A stretch of DNA of 59,248 nt, the filler included, from Sphacelaria rigidula (Eukaryota), in NCBI GenBank assembly GCA_964200075.2. It is 3 parts of 3 records of this genome, joined end to end, with 100 filler letters (N's around TTAATTAATTAA, not from the genome) between each part and the next. Parts side by side here need not be neighbours in the genome. Positions count along the whole stretch, not along the records: positions 19,789 to 39,471 come from CAXNAA020000629.1; 2 more parts are not named here. One strand, 5' to 3'. The notes under the pieces were generated by a model. The model searched no databases and had not been told where the DNA came from. It saw only the letters and a program-made list of their open reading frames with translations. Positions 24,122 through 35,730 of this stretch are shown here, in pieces (within the stretch, counting starts at the first letter, position 1; every line of letters starts with the position of its first letter). The translations under genes were made by a program, and so were the position numbers.

Positions 24122-24538
24122 CTGTTCAATAGCGCAACATGGTGGCCGTTAATTGTACGGTGGCGGGGGGTAGCCTGCTAGGAATCTCAGTTGATATGAT
24201 AAGAAATACGTGGCCATTCTGGTTACTATGAAGCAGCTGAGGTGTCATCGCACGACCACCGGTAGGCTTCCACTGGATATGCTAGCAAAGTCGCTCCTTT
24301 ATGCTAGTAATTTCACCAGAAGCATTGCTCATAAGGTGGAAATTATGCTCGATATACGCTCGCATTCTCAAAAACATTATGCTCGATTGATGATCGCCCC
24401 GTGGAAATCATGCTCGACTATGCTCCTTATATCCAACAAGTATTGTCATTTTCGACTGAACACACCGACACGTCGATGTGTTGTGACGGAAATTAATTTC
24501 ATCAGTTTTTTTCAGTGGCAATATTTGATGAAATAGTA

Positions 24539-26756
24539 TATACCTCATAGATTGCCCTGTGACCGGGGCGCTTCCAATTTCAATTTATCTCGGTGTTCGT
24601 GACGTTGCGGTCTGTGATTGCGGCGGTGAAACCCGGGTGGTCTCGGCTGGGCCCTTGCTAGAAAAGGCTCTGAAATGAAGGCCCGTCTCACGCACACGGG
24701 GTATGGCGAGGTGTCGTTGCACGGAAGCCTGAAGTTGTATTGAAGCATAGATCGTATTCGTGTTATCGCCGTCGCCCTACACTCGCAAGGCCCCGCAGTA
24801 AGCCAGCGCTGAGACGCGAGCCGTTTCCCGGCTAATTCCCGCTAGGTCGTCCCGCACTAGTTCCACCCAGCCACTACCATGCCTGTTTTCAAGTACACGT
24901 ACAGGACTTGCTTCCCGGTATCCTATAGGCTACAAGCTGCAAACTGCTGTTTCTCGGGCAGACAGGAGACAACGTCAAGCGTCAAGCAGCTGCACGCTGG
25001 GCCGAGGGGCCCTATATCGGGTAATGACGGCGCCACCCCTCCCTGGTCGCCGAAACCATATTCTGGCGCCGTAGGAGGGGAGGAGGGGGGGACCCCCGGG
25101 TAGCCTATTTGAGGAGGAAGGGTACCCCCCTGATCGATTGCTGATGGCGATAGTAGTTCCTGTGTGTGTGCGCGCGTCGGCCTTAGAACACACATCCATG
25201 CATTTCAAAACATGCTGCTTGCTGCTGTGTTTGACACTGCGTACACTGCGTACCAACCGTAGCGTGACGCCTTCGGCGGCACTATTATACCTTCTCACTG
25301 CACAGCGGCAGAGTGCAGGGTGACAAAGCGCACCGCAGGATGTCACATTCTTAGCCTATCCCTGTCCTGCATTGATTTCGCGCTGTCCTATGCAGTTCGC
25401 CACATCATGAACGCAGCCGCATGTACCTGCGGCCAACGTGTACGCGGGATATCACCCCTCGCTACGCGCTACATCGTTTCGCCACATTTTGTAAAGCTGT
25501 CCATGTTGCAGCTACAGGGTGCGTTTGCCCCAGGTGGCGCACGCAGGAGTGAAAGGCCGCCTCCGCCGCTGTAATGGCTGACAACCTAGAAAAACTCCTG
25601 TGTTGGCCTTCTCTCTGTGTGACCCCGGCTGGTGCGCCCACATATACCGAAAGGCGTAGACCAGCGTCCAGAACAGATGGGACGACAACGCACACAACAC
25701 ACTGTGCGGAGTACACTTTTAACATCTTGTTCGTACTGACTATAAAAATCCTTGTCCGGGGTCTGGTACGTTGCCACATTTATGTAATGTTACTCGGTGA
25801 GATCGTCGAAACATGCACAACATCTGGGCGGACTGCAGGTGAGGCAATCGCCGAAATATTCACCTGCAAACTCTGCTCCAAACACTGGCTTTTACAAATT
25901 AAGAATAGATCTTTCACTGGGGATGAAAACTCGGAGGATTAAAATATTCGTATCCACACTAACTCTTCGAAGTATGCTTCCATTTCTTCACTTACTGGTA
26001 TCTATTGACAACTACCACACGACATGTAAATGTGGATTTCGAAAACCGAAATGTCGGGGCCCTAGGTGAAGAAACAATTCTGGGGAGTATTCGGTGTCCG
26101 ATCGGATGCCAAAGTTTTTCTTCCACGTAGGACCCCGACATTTCGGTTGTCGAAATTTGCGTGTAGTAGTTGTCAATAACTACCAGCAAGTGAAGAAATG
26201 GAAGCATACTTCGAAGATTTGGTGTGGATACGAAGGTTTGAATCCTCCGGGTTTTCACCCCCAATGAAAGATCCATCCCCAATTTGTAAAATCCCGTGTT
26301 TCCAGTGCACTGTACGTTGATATCGCTAGAAGGACACTGCCATAGCCACGTTTCCGGCTGCCAGACTGTCAGGACGTGGAATCCACTAGCATTGCTACTG
26401 TCTGTACGTAGTGTCGCCCCCTTGTCGGGTACTTGGGGAAGGGTCCGTGGCAGAACGCAGTGGTCGCGTCAAGCATCTGCACGCTAGGCGTTCTCACTCA
26501 AGACTTCGATTTGGAGGATGATACGAGGTAGGCAGGAGCAACTGCTGTGTGTCCAAGTGCCGCTTGGAGCAGGATGCGTTTGGTGTCTGTTTGACAAAGT
26601 TATCCTAAAAAACCGAAATCAATGAGGATTTTGGAGTCAAAGATTAATGCAAAAAACGAGTCGCAAAAGTCAAGTCGTGAAAATCGAGTAGCAAAAAACC
26701 GGTTAGCCGAATCTTTTACCCGGAGCAGAAGCCAAATTCACTTCGTGAAATTGGAA
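24539..26756 (-). mobile_element. Helitron2-like non-autonomous element, copy 1
   Basis: Highly similar to 33081-34939. TTCCAATTTCA at the minus-strand 5' terminus forms a hairpin; its inverted partner is at 24572-24582, followed by a GC hairpin and the end about 33 nt further on; no TSD. Confidence 0.75.
25881..26300. mobile_element. 420-bp foldback MITE with 4-bp TSD (TCCA)
   Basis: TIRs aacactggcttttacaaatt / aatttgtaaaatcccgtgtt; tcca at 25877-25880 and 26301-26304; empty sites in the paralogous copies (ctctgctccagtgc at ~28577, ctctgccccagtgc at ~34450). Confidence 0.92.
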
Positions 26757-26899
26757 CTGTACTACTGCTGTACTGCTGTCCAGGTGCTTGAAGTCTTAAC
26801 AACAATAGTACACGGCCGTACGTATTAACATCAAGACCCACGTTCATTTTTCGGCTGAAATATGGGAGATGGCAGGCATGTAGGCTAGCGTACCGAGTG

Positions 26900-27143
26900 A
26901 TGCTACGGTAGGGGTACACAAATATTTCTGAGGTTAGAATTGTTAGAAGCCCTTTATCTCATCCAAAACACGACTAATGACAATATGCGAGCGTACGCCA
27001 GGACTGCTCTTCCACTGTGCTGGGGGTATCCCGAATAAATCTGAAAACGGGGATGCCCTGACCCATATTCTTGTGCGTCAAGAATCGTTCGAAGCCCCTA
27101 AACCAGACAAAATTTCGCAAAAAAGTGCACCCCTATCGTGGAT
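26900..27143. mobile_element. ~245-bp MITE, copy A
   Basis: Ends atgctacggtaggggt / acccctatcgtggat; a homologous copy lies in inverted orientation at 47087-47337. Confidence 0.8.
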
Positions 27144-27171
27144 TGTTTTACCAGCCCCTACGATGGAAACC

Positions 27172-29056
27172 TATGCTTGATAGCTTGTCCTGTGTCCAGG
27201 GCGCTTCCAATTTCAATTTATTTCGGTGTTTGTGACGTTGCGGTCTTGGATTTCGGCGGTGAAATCCGAATGGTCTCGGGTGGGCCCTTCTGTTCTGAAG
27301 TGAAGGTCTGCCCGTAACTTGTTTTGTATTTACACGTGGTATCTATCTCCTTGCGGTAGGTAGTGGAGGAACGGTTGGACTCGTTTCAGTACCAAAACGC
27401 CCAGGTATTATAATGCAAATGCTTTGTCTTGTGTCTCGTTCAAATCACGTGTTTCATGCCAATAAAAAAAACTGCCTGTACTGCAGTATGGTTGCGTCCA
27501 TGCATTCCTCGACAAAAACTACCTTTCCCGCGCCTCGTACACAGTTCATGATAATCAGGGCATGTCGGTGGCGTTCATATCATGCATATCCGTTTTTGAA
27601 CTGGCACGGTATACTGTTTGGTACAGCACGCAGTATGCGGCAGCAATAAATCGAACAAAAGCTGGTTCACCACACCTCCACGTGCAGCAACAACGGACTC
27701 GCTGGCATCCCTTCTCCGTGTTTTCGAATAAAGCATGATGAAACATGAGGAGCAATACCGTGACGGGCTGCCACAGGGGGATAAAACGCTGTAGTGCACA
27801 AGCGCGCTGCCACGATGTTGGCAACACGAAAAATCGCGCACGCGCTAGCGCTCGTGCTGCTCGAAAATAACGAGCTCCGCGCGTTCAGTTTCATTCAGAG
27901 AGTTTTATTTATTTCAATGCAGAGGTGACCCAAATGGGTGTGAAACCGACACTGCATACCAACCGCAGCATGACGCCTTCGTCGATACTACCTGCTCACT
28001 GCACAGCGGCAGAGTGCAGGGTGACAAAGCCACCGCAGGACGTCACATCCTTAGCTTATCCCTGTCCTGCATTGATTTTGCGTTGTCCTACGTATGCAGT
28101 TCGCCACATGATGAATGGAGCCGCTTGTATCGCGGCCAACGTGTACGCAGGATATAAACCTCCTCGCTACGCGCTATATCGCTACGCTCCATTGTGTAAA
28201 GCTGTCCGTGTTGCAGCTACAGCGTGCGTTTGCCCCAGGTGGCGTGCGCAGGAGTGAAAGGCCGCCTCCGCCGCTGCAATAGCTGCCTGTATCTTGGGCG
28301 AAGCTGTATGGTAACACAGCCGCGGCTGGTGCGCCCACATATACCGAAAGGTGGAGACCGGCGTCCACAATAGATGGGACGGCAACACACACAACACACT
28401 GACTTTGCGCAGGACACTTTCAACATCGTGTTCGTACTGACTGGAGAAATCTTTGTCCACGGTCGGGTACATTTCCATACATAATGCAAGGTCTGGTACA
28501 TCTCCACTTATAATATAATTCGCAACATCTGCGCGAACTGCAGGTGAGGCAATCACCGAAATATTCACCTGCGAACTCTGCTCCAGTGCGCTGTAAGTTG
28601 ATGTCGCTGGAAGGACACTGCCATAACCACGTTGCCGACTGCCAGACTGTCAGGACGTGGGGTCCGCTAACATTGCTACTGTCTGTACGGGGATGTTGCC
28701 ACCTTGTCGGGTACGGTTCGGAGGATGATACTACATTTAGATCATCCTTCCTTGTACATGGGCACCAGACGCTGAGGCTTCTCGCTGAAGACTTCGATTT
28801 GGAGGATGATACTAGGTAGGCAGCAGCAACTGTTATGTGTCCAGGTGCCCCTTAGATCAACATGCGTCTGATTTTTGTTTGACAAATTTTTTCCCCAAAA
28901 AACGAAATCAATAGGGGTTTTAGAGTGAAAGAATCTACAATACAAATGTTGCAAGAATCAAGTCGCAAAATCTTGTCGCAAAAACGGAGTCGCAACAAAC
29001 CGCTTGGTCGAATATTTACCCGCAGCAGAAACCAAATTCACTTTGTGAAATTAGAA
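27172..29056 (-). mobile_element. Helitron2-like non-autonomous element, copy 3 (diverged, different internal segment)
   Basis: Same termini (gtcctgtgtccagggcgcttccaatttcaattt ... ccaaattcactttgtgaaattagaa); homologous to copies 1 and 2 at 27172-27310 and ~27945-29056 only. Confidence 0.7.
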
Positions 29057-30157
29057 TTGGAAAGTAATGTAGATTTGATGCTTCTTATGCTACTCGCTAA
29101 AACCCTGTGCTACTCATGCTCCTCACCGAAACACTATGCTTTCTATGCTACCAAGGTGGAATTATGCTCGAAATTATGCTCGCACAATCGGTACAAGCCT
29201 ATCCACCGGCAGGTGTTCTTGCCGTCAATGGTATCTGACGAGAAGCAGCGTCACTTTCCCCCCAAAATATAGCCCTCTCAGCGCCCTAGAACCCTCGGGA
29301 TAGGTTAGGAGGCGATTAGCGTGTGGTGAAGCGATTTGCGGAAGATATTAGACGATTCAGGGTATTACGAGAGAGTAAAACTCTTTATCCGTGCAGGTGT
29401 CAGTACGTGCTCAGAGGTGAGTATCTCGGATTGTTTGTGGATTGTACAGTATCCACCTACTCGTGGTCCCCTCCCGATTCTCCCCGTTCCTCGAATCCGA
29501 GTACGGTGTGCTCTGACGTGAGTGCACAGTTAATAATACAACTTGTTCCATGAATCTGTCCTGTACATAGCTGCGCGGCAATCGTGCGTCCTGCGATATG
29601 CTTGATATTGATCAATCAGGTGTTCTATTGGCCGTGTTCGACGTATCCCAACAAACGCGACATTTTCATCAGGCAAACGAATGATCAGCCACCGACCTTC
29701 GGCAACGGCCTCGCGCAAAGCCGCCGCCATGGTATACACTTGTTCAAGACTACATCTGGCGATGTGGTCAGCACATTGCATTCTGTGTAGAGAAGTCGGG
29801 ACCAGAGGTCACACTATGTGTGGAATTAGAGCTACATGTCGTTCGAGTGTCTGATGGGTTGGAAACCGAGTGGGAAAAGATGAAGCCGATGCCAGTGAGC
29901 GAAACGGCAGTGAGCATGATGACCGCTCGGGTCGTACGCTTGCGCCCAGCGAGTAGAACTATGACGCTCGCGCGGTGCTTGCGTGCTCGTGTGGCCACAA
30001 AAGCGTCGAATAGTGCATACAGAGTCACCCATGCTGGCAGAATGGAGCTCGATTGGCGTGACTCATGGTTGTCGCTCGTTGCTTCACACGTACCACGTCA
30101 AAACATGAAAACTTGTCGCTGACACACGCACACATACACTCGCTGACATCAGCTCAC

Positions 30158-30347
30158 CTCGGTTATAGAATCACCTATCAGAAGTAGGTTTACTCCCGCT
30201 CCTTCGTTCTCCGCCTTCGCCTGTGCCACAGAGTACAATTTATGTGAAACGAACGATAATTCAGTGGCTCCACCAACTAGCTCATGCTTGAACAGATTAT
30301 TTCTAGGGTAATGAGGGCGCAATAAAGCCGTGTGCCGTGTCTTGGTC
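30158..30347 (-). CDS. SGNH/GDSL hydrolase exon, block I (...VNLLLIGDSITE)
   Basis: Catalytic-Ser motif GDSITE followed directly by a gtgagc donor; 5' boundary tentative (cccag before 30347). Confidence 0.8.
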
Positions 30348-33080
30348 CTGGGGCCAATCATTGGGTCCTCCATTGAGCCGCATACGACAGTTACTACAAA
30401 CGGTGTGACCGTCGCGACGCTTGAACCTGATTTCGGTCACTACCGAGCACCGATTTACGACTCACTCAATGACGTTTGCGCTACTGAAGAGAGAGGTTCG
30501 GGGTTGGAGGTCGGGTCTGGACTGGCCGCAGCTTCGTCAGAGGACGTGCTCACATACAAGATGCTCTGTCGCACACTTGAGCTGACTAGATTGTCTTGAA
30601 CTTTCATTTAATGGGGACACCCGATCCTTCTCACAAGAAGACGCTTACCCACCCACCTATCATATCCGTGGGACCGTCCGCCCCGGGTATCATTCCAAAA
30701 CAAAAACTCACGCCTCAAGTAGATAGCTACGTGCGTACCGTCCTACGATCTGTCCTGGGCTTCAGTAGCCACACCCTGTAAACAAATCGAGCCATGGATA
30801 AGGTACAGTGAATATGCACGCATGATACGGTAGTTGGGGGTGTACCCTTACTGCTCCAGAGGCATCACAGGAGACCCCCCTTCGAAATTTGAATTGTTTC
30901 GACCTACAAGATATGCGCAGTTTCGTTGAAGCGATCACTTCCTACCGTACGTATGCTACACAGGGTAGAATAGTCCAGCGGGCAGTGTGTACATGATATG
31001 GGGCAAGACCAATGGTGCGCTTACACATTGATCATTTTCTCCTAGTGTCAACTGGTAGTCGCTCAGTGGTCACTACGCGAACCCCTACCGTAGAATCACT
31101 CTTTGGATATTTGTTTTTCGCTGATTTCGCCGTTTACCGGTGATACAACAGTTTGGATATTTGTCAATTCTGCAGATGAACGGGGTAAGCACTGCATGTA
31201 CTTCGGCTTATTGCTTGTACACCGTCGCCGTACGTGATTCTATACAGCGATGCTTCAATATGTTTTCATCGATGTTACCGACACGATGCCTGTTATGATA
31301 CAGAGTATTGCTTGGATATGTATAAATCGATGCGACGGACAACTTCATTGCCTATTCTTCGTTTCCGAACGCGTAACCTGCCCAACGTTGCTAGCGAGTC
31401 GACCTCTCGTGTGAGAGACAGAGTGCTTCTTTACCCAGGCGGAAATGCATGCGTAACAAAGCCCGAGCCACGACATCGCTAAGAAATACAGAATCGCGAT
31501 CGCGGCGGACCCAACGGTGGTGTAACCGTTTGGGAGTGGCATCAGAGGCCAGATCAGGGGTCAAAAACGCAGGGAGAACAAGGTTTGGTTTTTTCAAGTG
31601 GGGTTTTGATCGGACTTCTTCATGTTTCTGCTTTGTGCTTGGTTTGTAAGTTGACTTCGGATTTTGAGTATGTGGAAACAATTTCCAACCAACTACTGTT
31701 GTCGCGATCGAGAACCATGGGGGGGGGGAGGGGTTGGGGTGGCGTCATTCGATACTTGCCTTAGTCGTTTGACCATTGACCACGCATCCCTTTAGAGACG
31801 GAGCACCGCTTCTACTCCTAATATAGCCACCTTCAACATTTTCGAGACGGAGGATCCTTCCTACTCCTAGTAGAAACACCTCCAACACTTACGTGCTCAT
31901 TACGTTTCTTCCAAAGATGACACAAAAAACTCGACATATCTTCTCCCCGTTCTCTTTAGCCGTCTGTGGCCACCGTGTATCTCCTAGCATAGCCATTGTT
32001 TTTCGCTTTTGTCCAATGCGTCAAACGGTTTCATGCCACCTTTGTTCACGTCCCGTATTTCGCCCTCTAGCACGTCCTGTTTCTCCTTGTATTGTTTACC
32101 TTCTGCCACTATAGAGCAGCACAAGCTTCAGAATGCAGCTGACGCACCCCTCTGCACCAGTCTAGCAACAGTTACGTCACCACCATAGGTATCTTTTTTC
32201 ACTACGCATGTCAAGTAGGTCTCCACAAGCGTTTGATCTCTTACACACACACCCCAACTGGCCTGTGGCAGGCTCTGGGGGTCGGGCGCCTGGATGGTCA
32301 GATATCTCAGGGTAAAATCAGCGATGAATAACACCCCCCAAGTGGATCATATGTTATTTTTGCCCCAGCGCACCGTCCTTGCTGGCATGTGTGTGACAGT
32401 GAACAGTAGTAGCGGTGACGGGAACATTGCCCTGGTTTTCAGCGCACAGAGGCGCGTCCTGTCAAAAAGAGAGGCAGAGAGAAATCGATCTTCGCATTGG
32501 TGAGCTCCAGAGACACGAAGAGACAAAATCTCTCCGCAGCTCGATGTTCTTTGATGATACCTACCGGCACACGAGAAATTCCGTACGTGCTGGTAACGTC
32601 CATAATGTCAATCTGTCGAACGATTGGTTATCGCCCAGCGAGGGCACACAAAGGATACAGGCGAGGAGCTTCCTCTCTATCGTTGCTTCTCTTTCTGGTG
32701 ATATCGTCATCGACAAGCGTGTACGCCGCATTCGTCGGGTGCATTTAGCCACGATTGATTCTCTGCTCCAGAGTTTTGGGGGGGGGAATGATTTCGCTCA
32801 GTGTTACTGTTTCGCTTCACCCCTCCAAAAACGATATGCCACTTGAACCTCATTTTTGAGATGGACCCCGGTTTTCAGGGTCCGCTATAAGGTGTTTTTG
32901 CTCGTCTACGTTCCGTCCGAGCGCTCCTTTTTCTCGTCTTCTTATCATGCCTCTTGTTTTTGTCTTGTACCCCGCGGATTCACCTTTGGACCGTGTTTCG
33001 CCTAGATTTCCTCCTATCTATTTCCATACTTTCTCGACTCTATACGATTCCTGCCGTATGAATGGAAGGTGAGAAACATG

Positions 33081-34939
33081 TATACTTCATAGATTGCCCT
33101 GTGACCGGGGCGCTTCCAATTTCAATTTATCTCGGTGTTCGTGACGTTGCGGTCTGTGATTGCGGCGGTGAAACCCGGGTGGTCTCGGCTGGGCCCTTGC
33201 TAGAAAAGGCTCTGAAATGAAGGCCCGTCTCACGCACACGGGGTATGGCGAGGTGTCGTTGCACGGAAGCCTGAAGTTGTATTGAAGCATAGATCGTATT
33301 CGTGTTATCGCCGTCGCCCTACACTCGCAAGGCCCCGCAGTAAGCCAGCGCTGAGACACGAGCCGTTTCCCGGCGAATTCCCGCTAGGTCGTCCCGCACT
33401 AGTTCCACCCAGCCACTACCATGCCTGTTTTCAAGTACACGTACAGGACTTGCTTCCCGGTATCCTATAGGCTACAAGCTGCAAACTGCTGTTTCTCGGG
33501 CAGACAGGAGACAACGTCAAGCGTCAAGCAGCTGCACGCTGGGCCGAGGGGCCCTATATCGGGTAATGACGGCACCACCCCTCCCAGGTCGCCCAAACCT
33601 TATTCTGGGGCCGTAGGAGGGGAGGAGGGGGGGACCCCCGGGTAGCCTATTTGAGGAGGAAGGGTACCCCCCTGATCGATTGATGATGGCGATAGTAGTT
33701 ACTGTGTGTGTGCGCGCGGCGGCCTTAGAACACACATCCATGCATTTCAAAACATGCTGCTTGCTGCTGTGTTTGACACTGCGTAAACTGCGTACCAACC
33801 GTAGCGTGACGCCTTCCGCGGCACTATTATACCTTCTCACTGCACAGCGGCAGAGTGCAGGGTGACAAAGCGCACCGCAGGATGTCACATTCTTAGCCTA
33901 TCCCTGTCCTGCATTGATTTCGCGCTGTCCTATGCAGTTCGCCACATCATGAACGCAGCCGCATGTACCTGCGGCCAACGTGTACGCGAGATATCACCCC
34001 TCGCTACGCGCTACATCGTTTCGCCACATTTTGTAAAGCTGTCCATGTTGCAGCTACAGCGTGCGTTTGCCCCAGGTGGCGCACGCAGGAGTGAAAGGCC
34101 GCCTCCGCCGCTGTAATGGCTGACAACCTAGAAAAACTCCTGTGTTGGCCTTCTCTCTGTGTGACCCCGGCTGGTGCGCCCACATATACCGAAAGGCGTA
34201 GACCAGCGTCCAGAACAGATGGGACGACAACGCACACAACACACTGTGCGGAGTACACTTTTAACATCTTGTTCGTACTGACTATAAAAATCCTTGTCCG
34301 GGGTCTGGTACGTTGCCACATTTCCACATGTAATGCAAGGTCTGGTACATTCCCACATTTATGTAATGTTACTCAGTGAGGTCGTAAAAAACTCCGCAAC
34401 ATCTGGGCGGACTGCAGGTGAGGCAATCGTCGAAATATTCACCTGTAAACTCTGCCCCAGTGCACTATACGTTGATATCACTAGAAGGACACTGCCATAA
34501 CCACGTTGCCGGCTGCCAGACTGTCGGCACGTAGAATCCGCTAGCATTGCCACTGTCTGTACGGGAGTGTTGCCCCCTTGTCGGGTACGTGGGGAAGGGT
34601 CCGTGGCAAAACACAGTGGTCGCGTCAAGCATCCGCACGCTAGGCGTTCTCACTCAAGACTTCGATTTAGAGGATGATACGAGGTAGGCAGCAGCAACTG
34701 CTGTGTGTCCAGGTGCCCCTTTGAGCAGGATGCGTTTGATGCCTGTTTGACAAAGTTATCCTAAGAAAACCGGAATCAATGGGGATTTCAGAGTGGGAAA
34801 TATAGCAAAATCAAAGCCGCAAAAACCGAGTAGCAAAAATCAAGTCGCAAAAGCCAAGTGGCAAGAATCAAGTCGCAAGAAAACGGTGAGTCGAATTTTC
34901 ACCAGGAGCAGAAGCCAAATTCACTACGTGAAATTGGAA
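33081..34939 (-). mobile_element. Helitron2-like non-autonomous element, copy 2
   Basis: Direct repeat of 24539-26756 without the MITE; homology stops sharply at gtgaaattggaa and at tatac(c/t)tcatag. Confidence 0.75.
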
Positions 34940-35542
34940 ATATATGTTGGAAATATATGATACGCTGTGTTGTGCCGTCCTTTACTGTACTGTCCGCAGA
35001 CTGCAATGCAATTTTCGCCGCCGGGGTGTTTCTAAAAACTCACGCGAACATGCGGGAATGGCTCTTGCAATACTTGTGCTGTCCGCAGCTGTCTTAGTAC
35101 GGTTTCACGTGTTCAGACCAACTGTAGCACGGAACAAGACACGATATCACAGGAAGGTTATCAACAGCTTAGTTTGGGAAAATAAACAGCAGAAAAATCA
35201 CCCTGGGCCGCATATGTGTGCCGTGCGGTGCAATGCTGTACCGTGCTGTCTGCGGACCGCCCTGTACGCTGCCTGAGTTCTCCCAGAAACCTACGCGAAC
35301 ATGCGGGGATGAGTCGTGCTGGTGCTGTCTTCGCAGGTCTTCGTGGTGCTGTACACAGTTTACTCGGGTCAACTCCCATCACAAAACACAACATGAAACC
35401 ACGAGGGCTGTCGAAAGCATAGCCCCGGAGCGTGAATAGCTACAAGAACCGCTTTGGGTACGCAGCTGCGTGTGCTGTACTGCGCTGTCCCGTTTCTGTG
35501 GCGTCATCTTATGTTATGGGTGAGAGCAATATTTTTCATTGG

Positions 35543-35730
35543 GTTTATTGTAGATTTGGCGGTAAAGGCGTTTGGGACCTACGCGCCCTTCTTTGCATAC
35601 CCCACCAGCAAATAGGCCGCGCTACCGGACAGACGCGCCCCATGACATGACAGGAGGACAAAATGTTCTCATCATACATACTACATATGAATGGAAGGTA
35701 GGGAACACGTACGTGTGATTCGTGCCACAC
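35543..35730 (-). repeat. Dispersed repeat homologous to 14880-15057 (one minisatellite unit plus its unique flank)
   Basis: The reverse complement reads ...cctaccttccattcatat...atgatgagaac...tgtcatgtcatggggcgcg...aaatctacaataaac, matching the sequence after array 1. Confidence 0.7.

Larger units (their letters stand above)
24263..29201. mobile_element. hAT-like non-autonomous element split by nested insertions
   Basis: Termini TAGGCTT...AAGCCTA; near-identical 8-bp flanks accaccgg (24255-24262) and tccaccgg (29202-29209); clustered TATGCT(C) subterminal motifs at both ends (24280-24430, 29075-29185). Confidence 0.65.

Noticed and set aside
32561..32752. Possible first exon of the SGNH gene
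   Set aside because: Has a plausible donor, but there is no motif or phase evidence linking it to the 30347 exon.
24545..34653. Duplicated short ORFs (e.g. MLQYNFRLPC, MADNLEKLL) as a tandem gene family or Fanzor
   Set aside because: They lie within the repeated element, indels break the frames between copies, and no RuvC, Rep or helicase motifs are recognisable.
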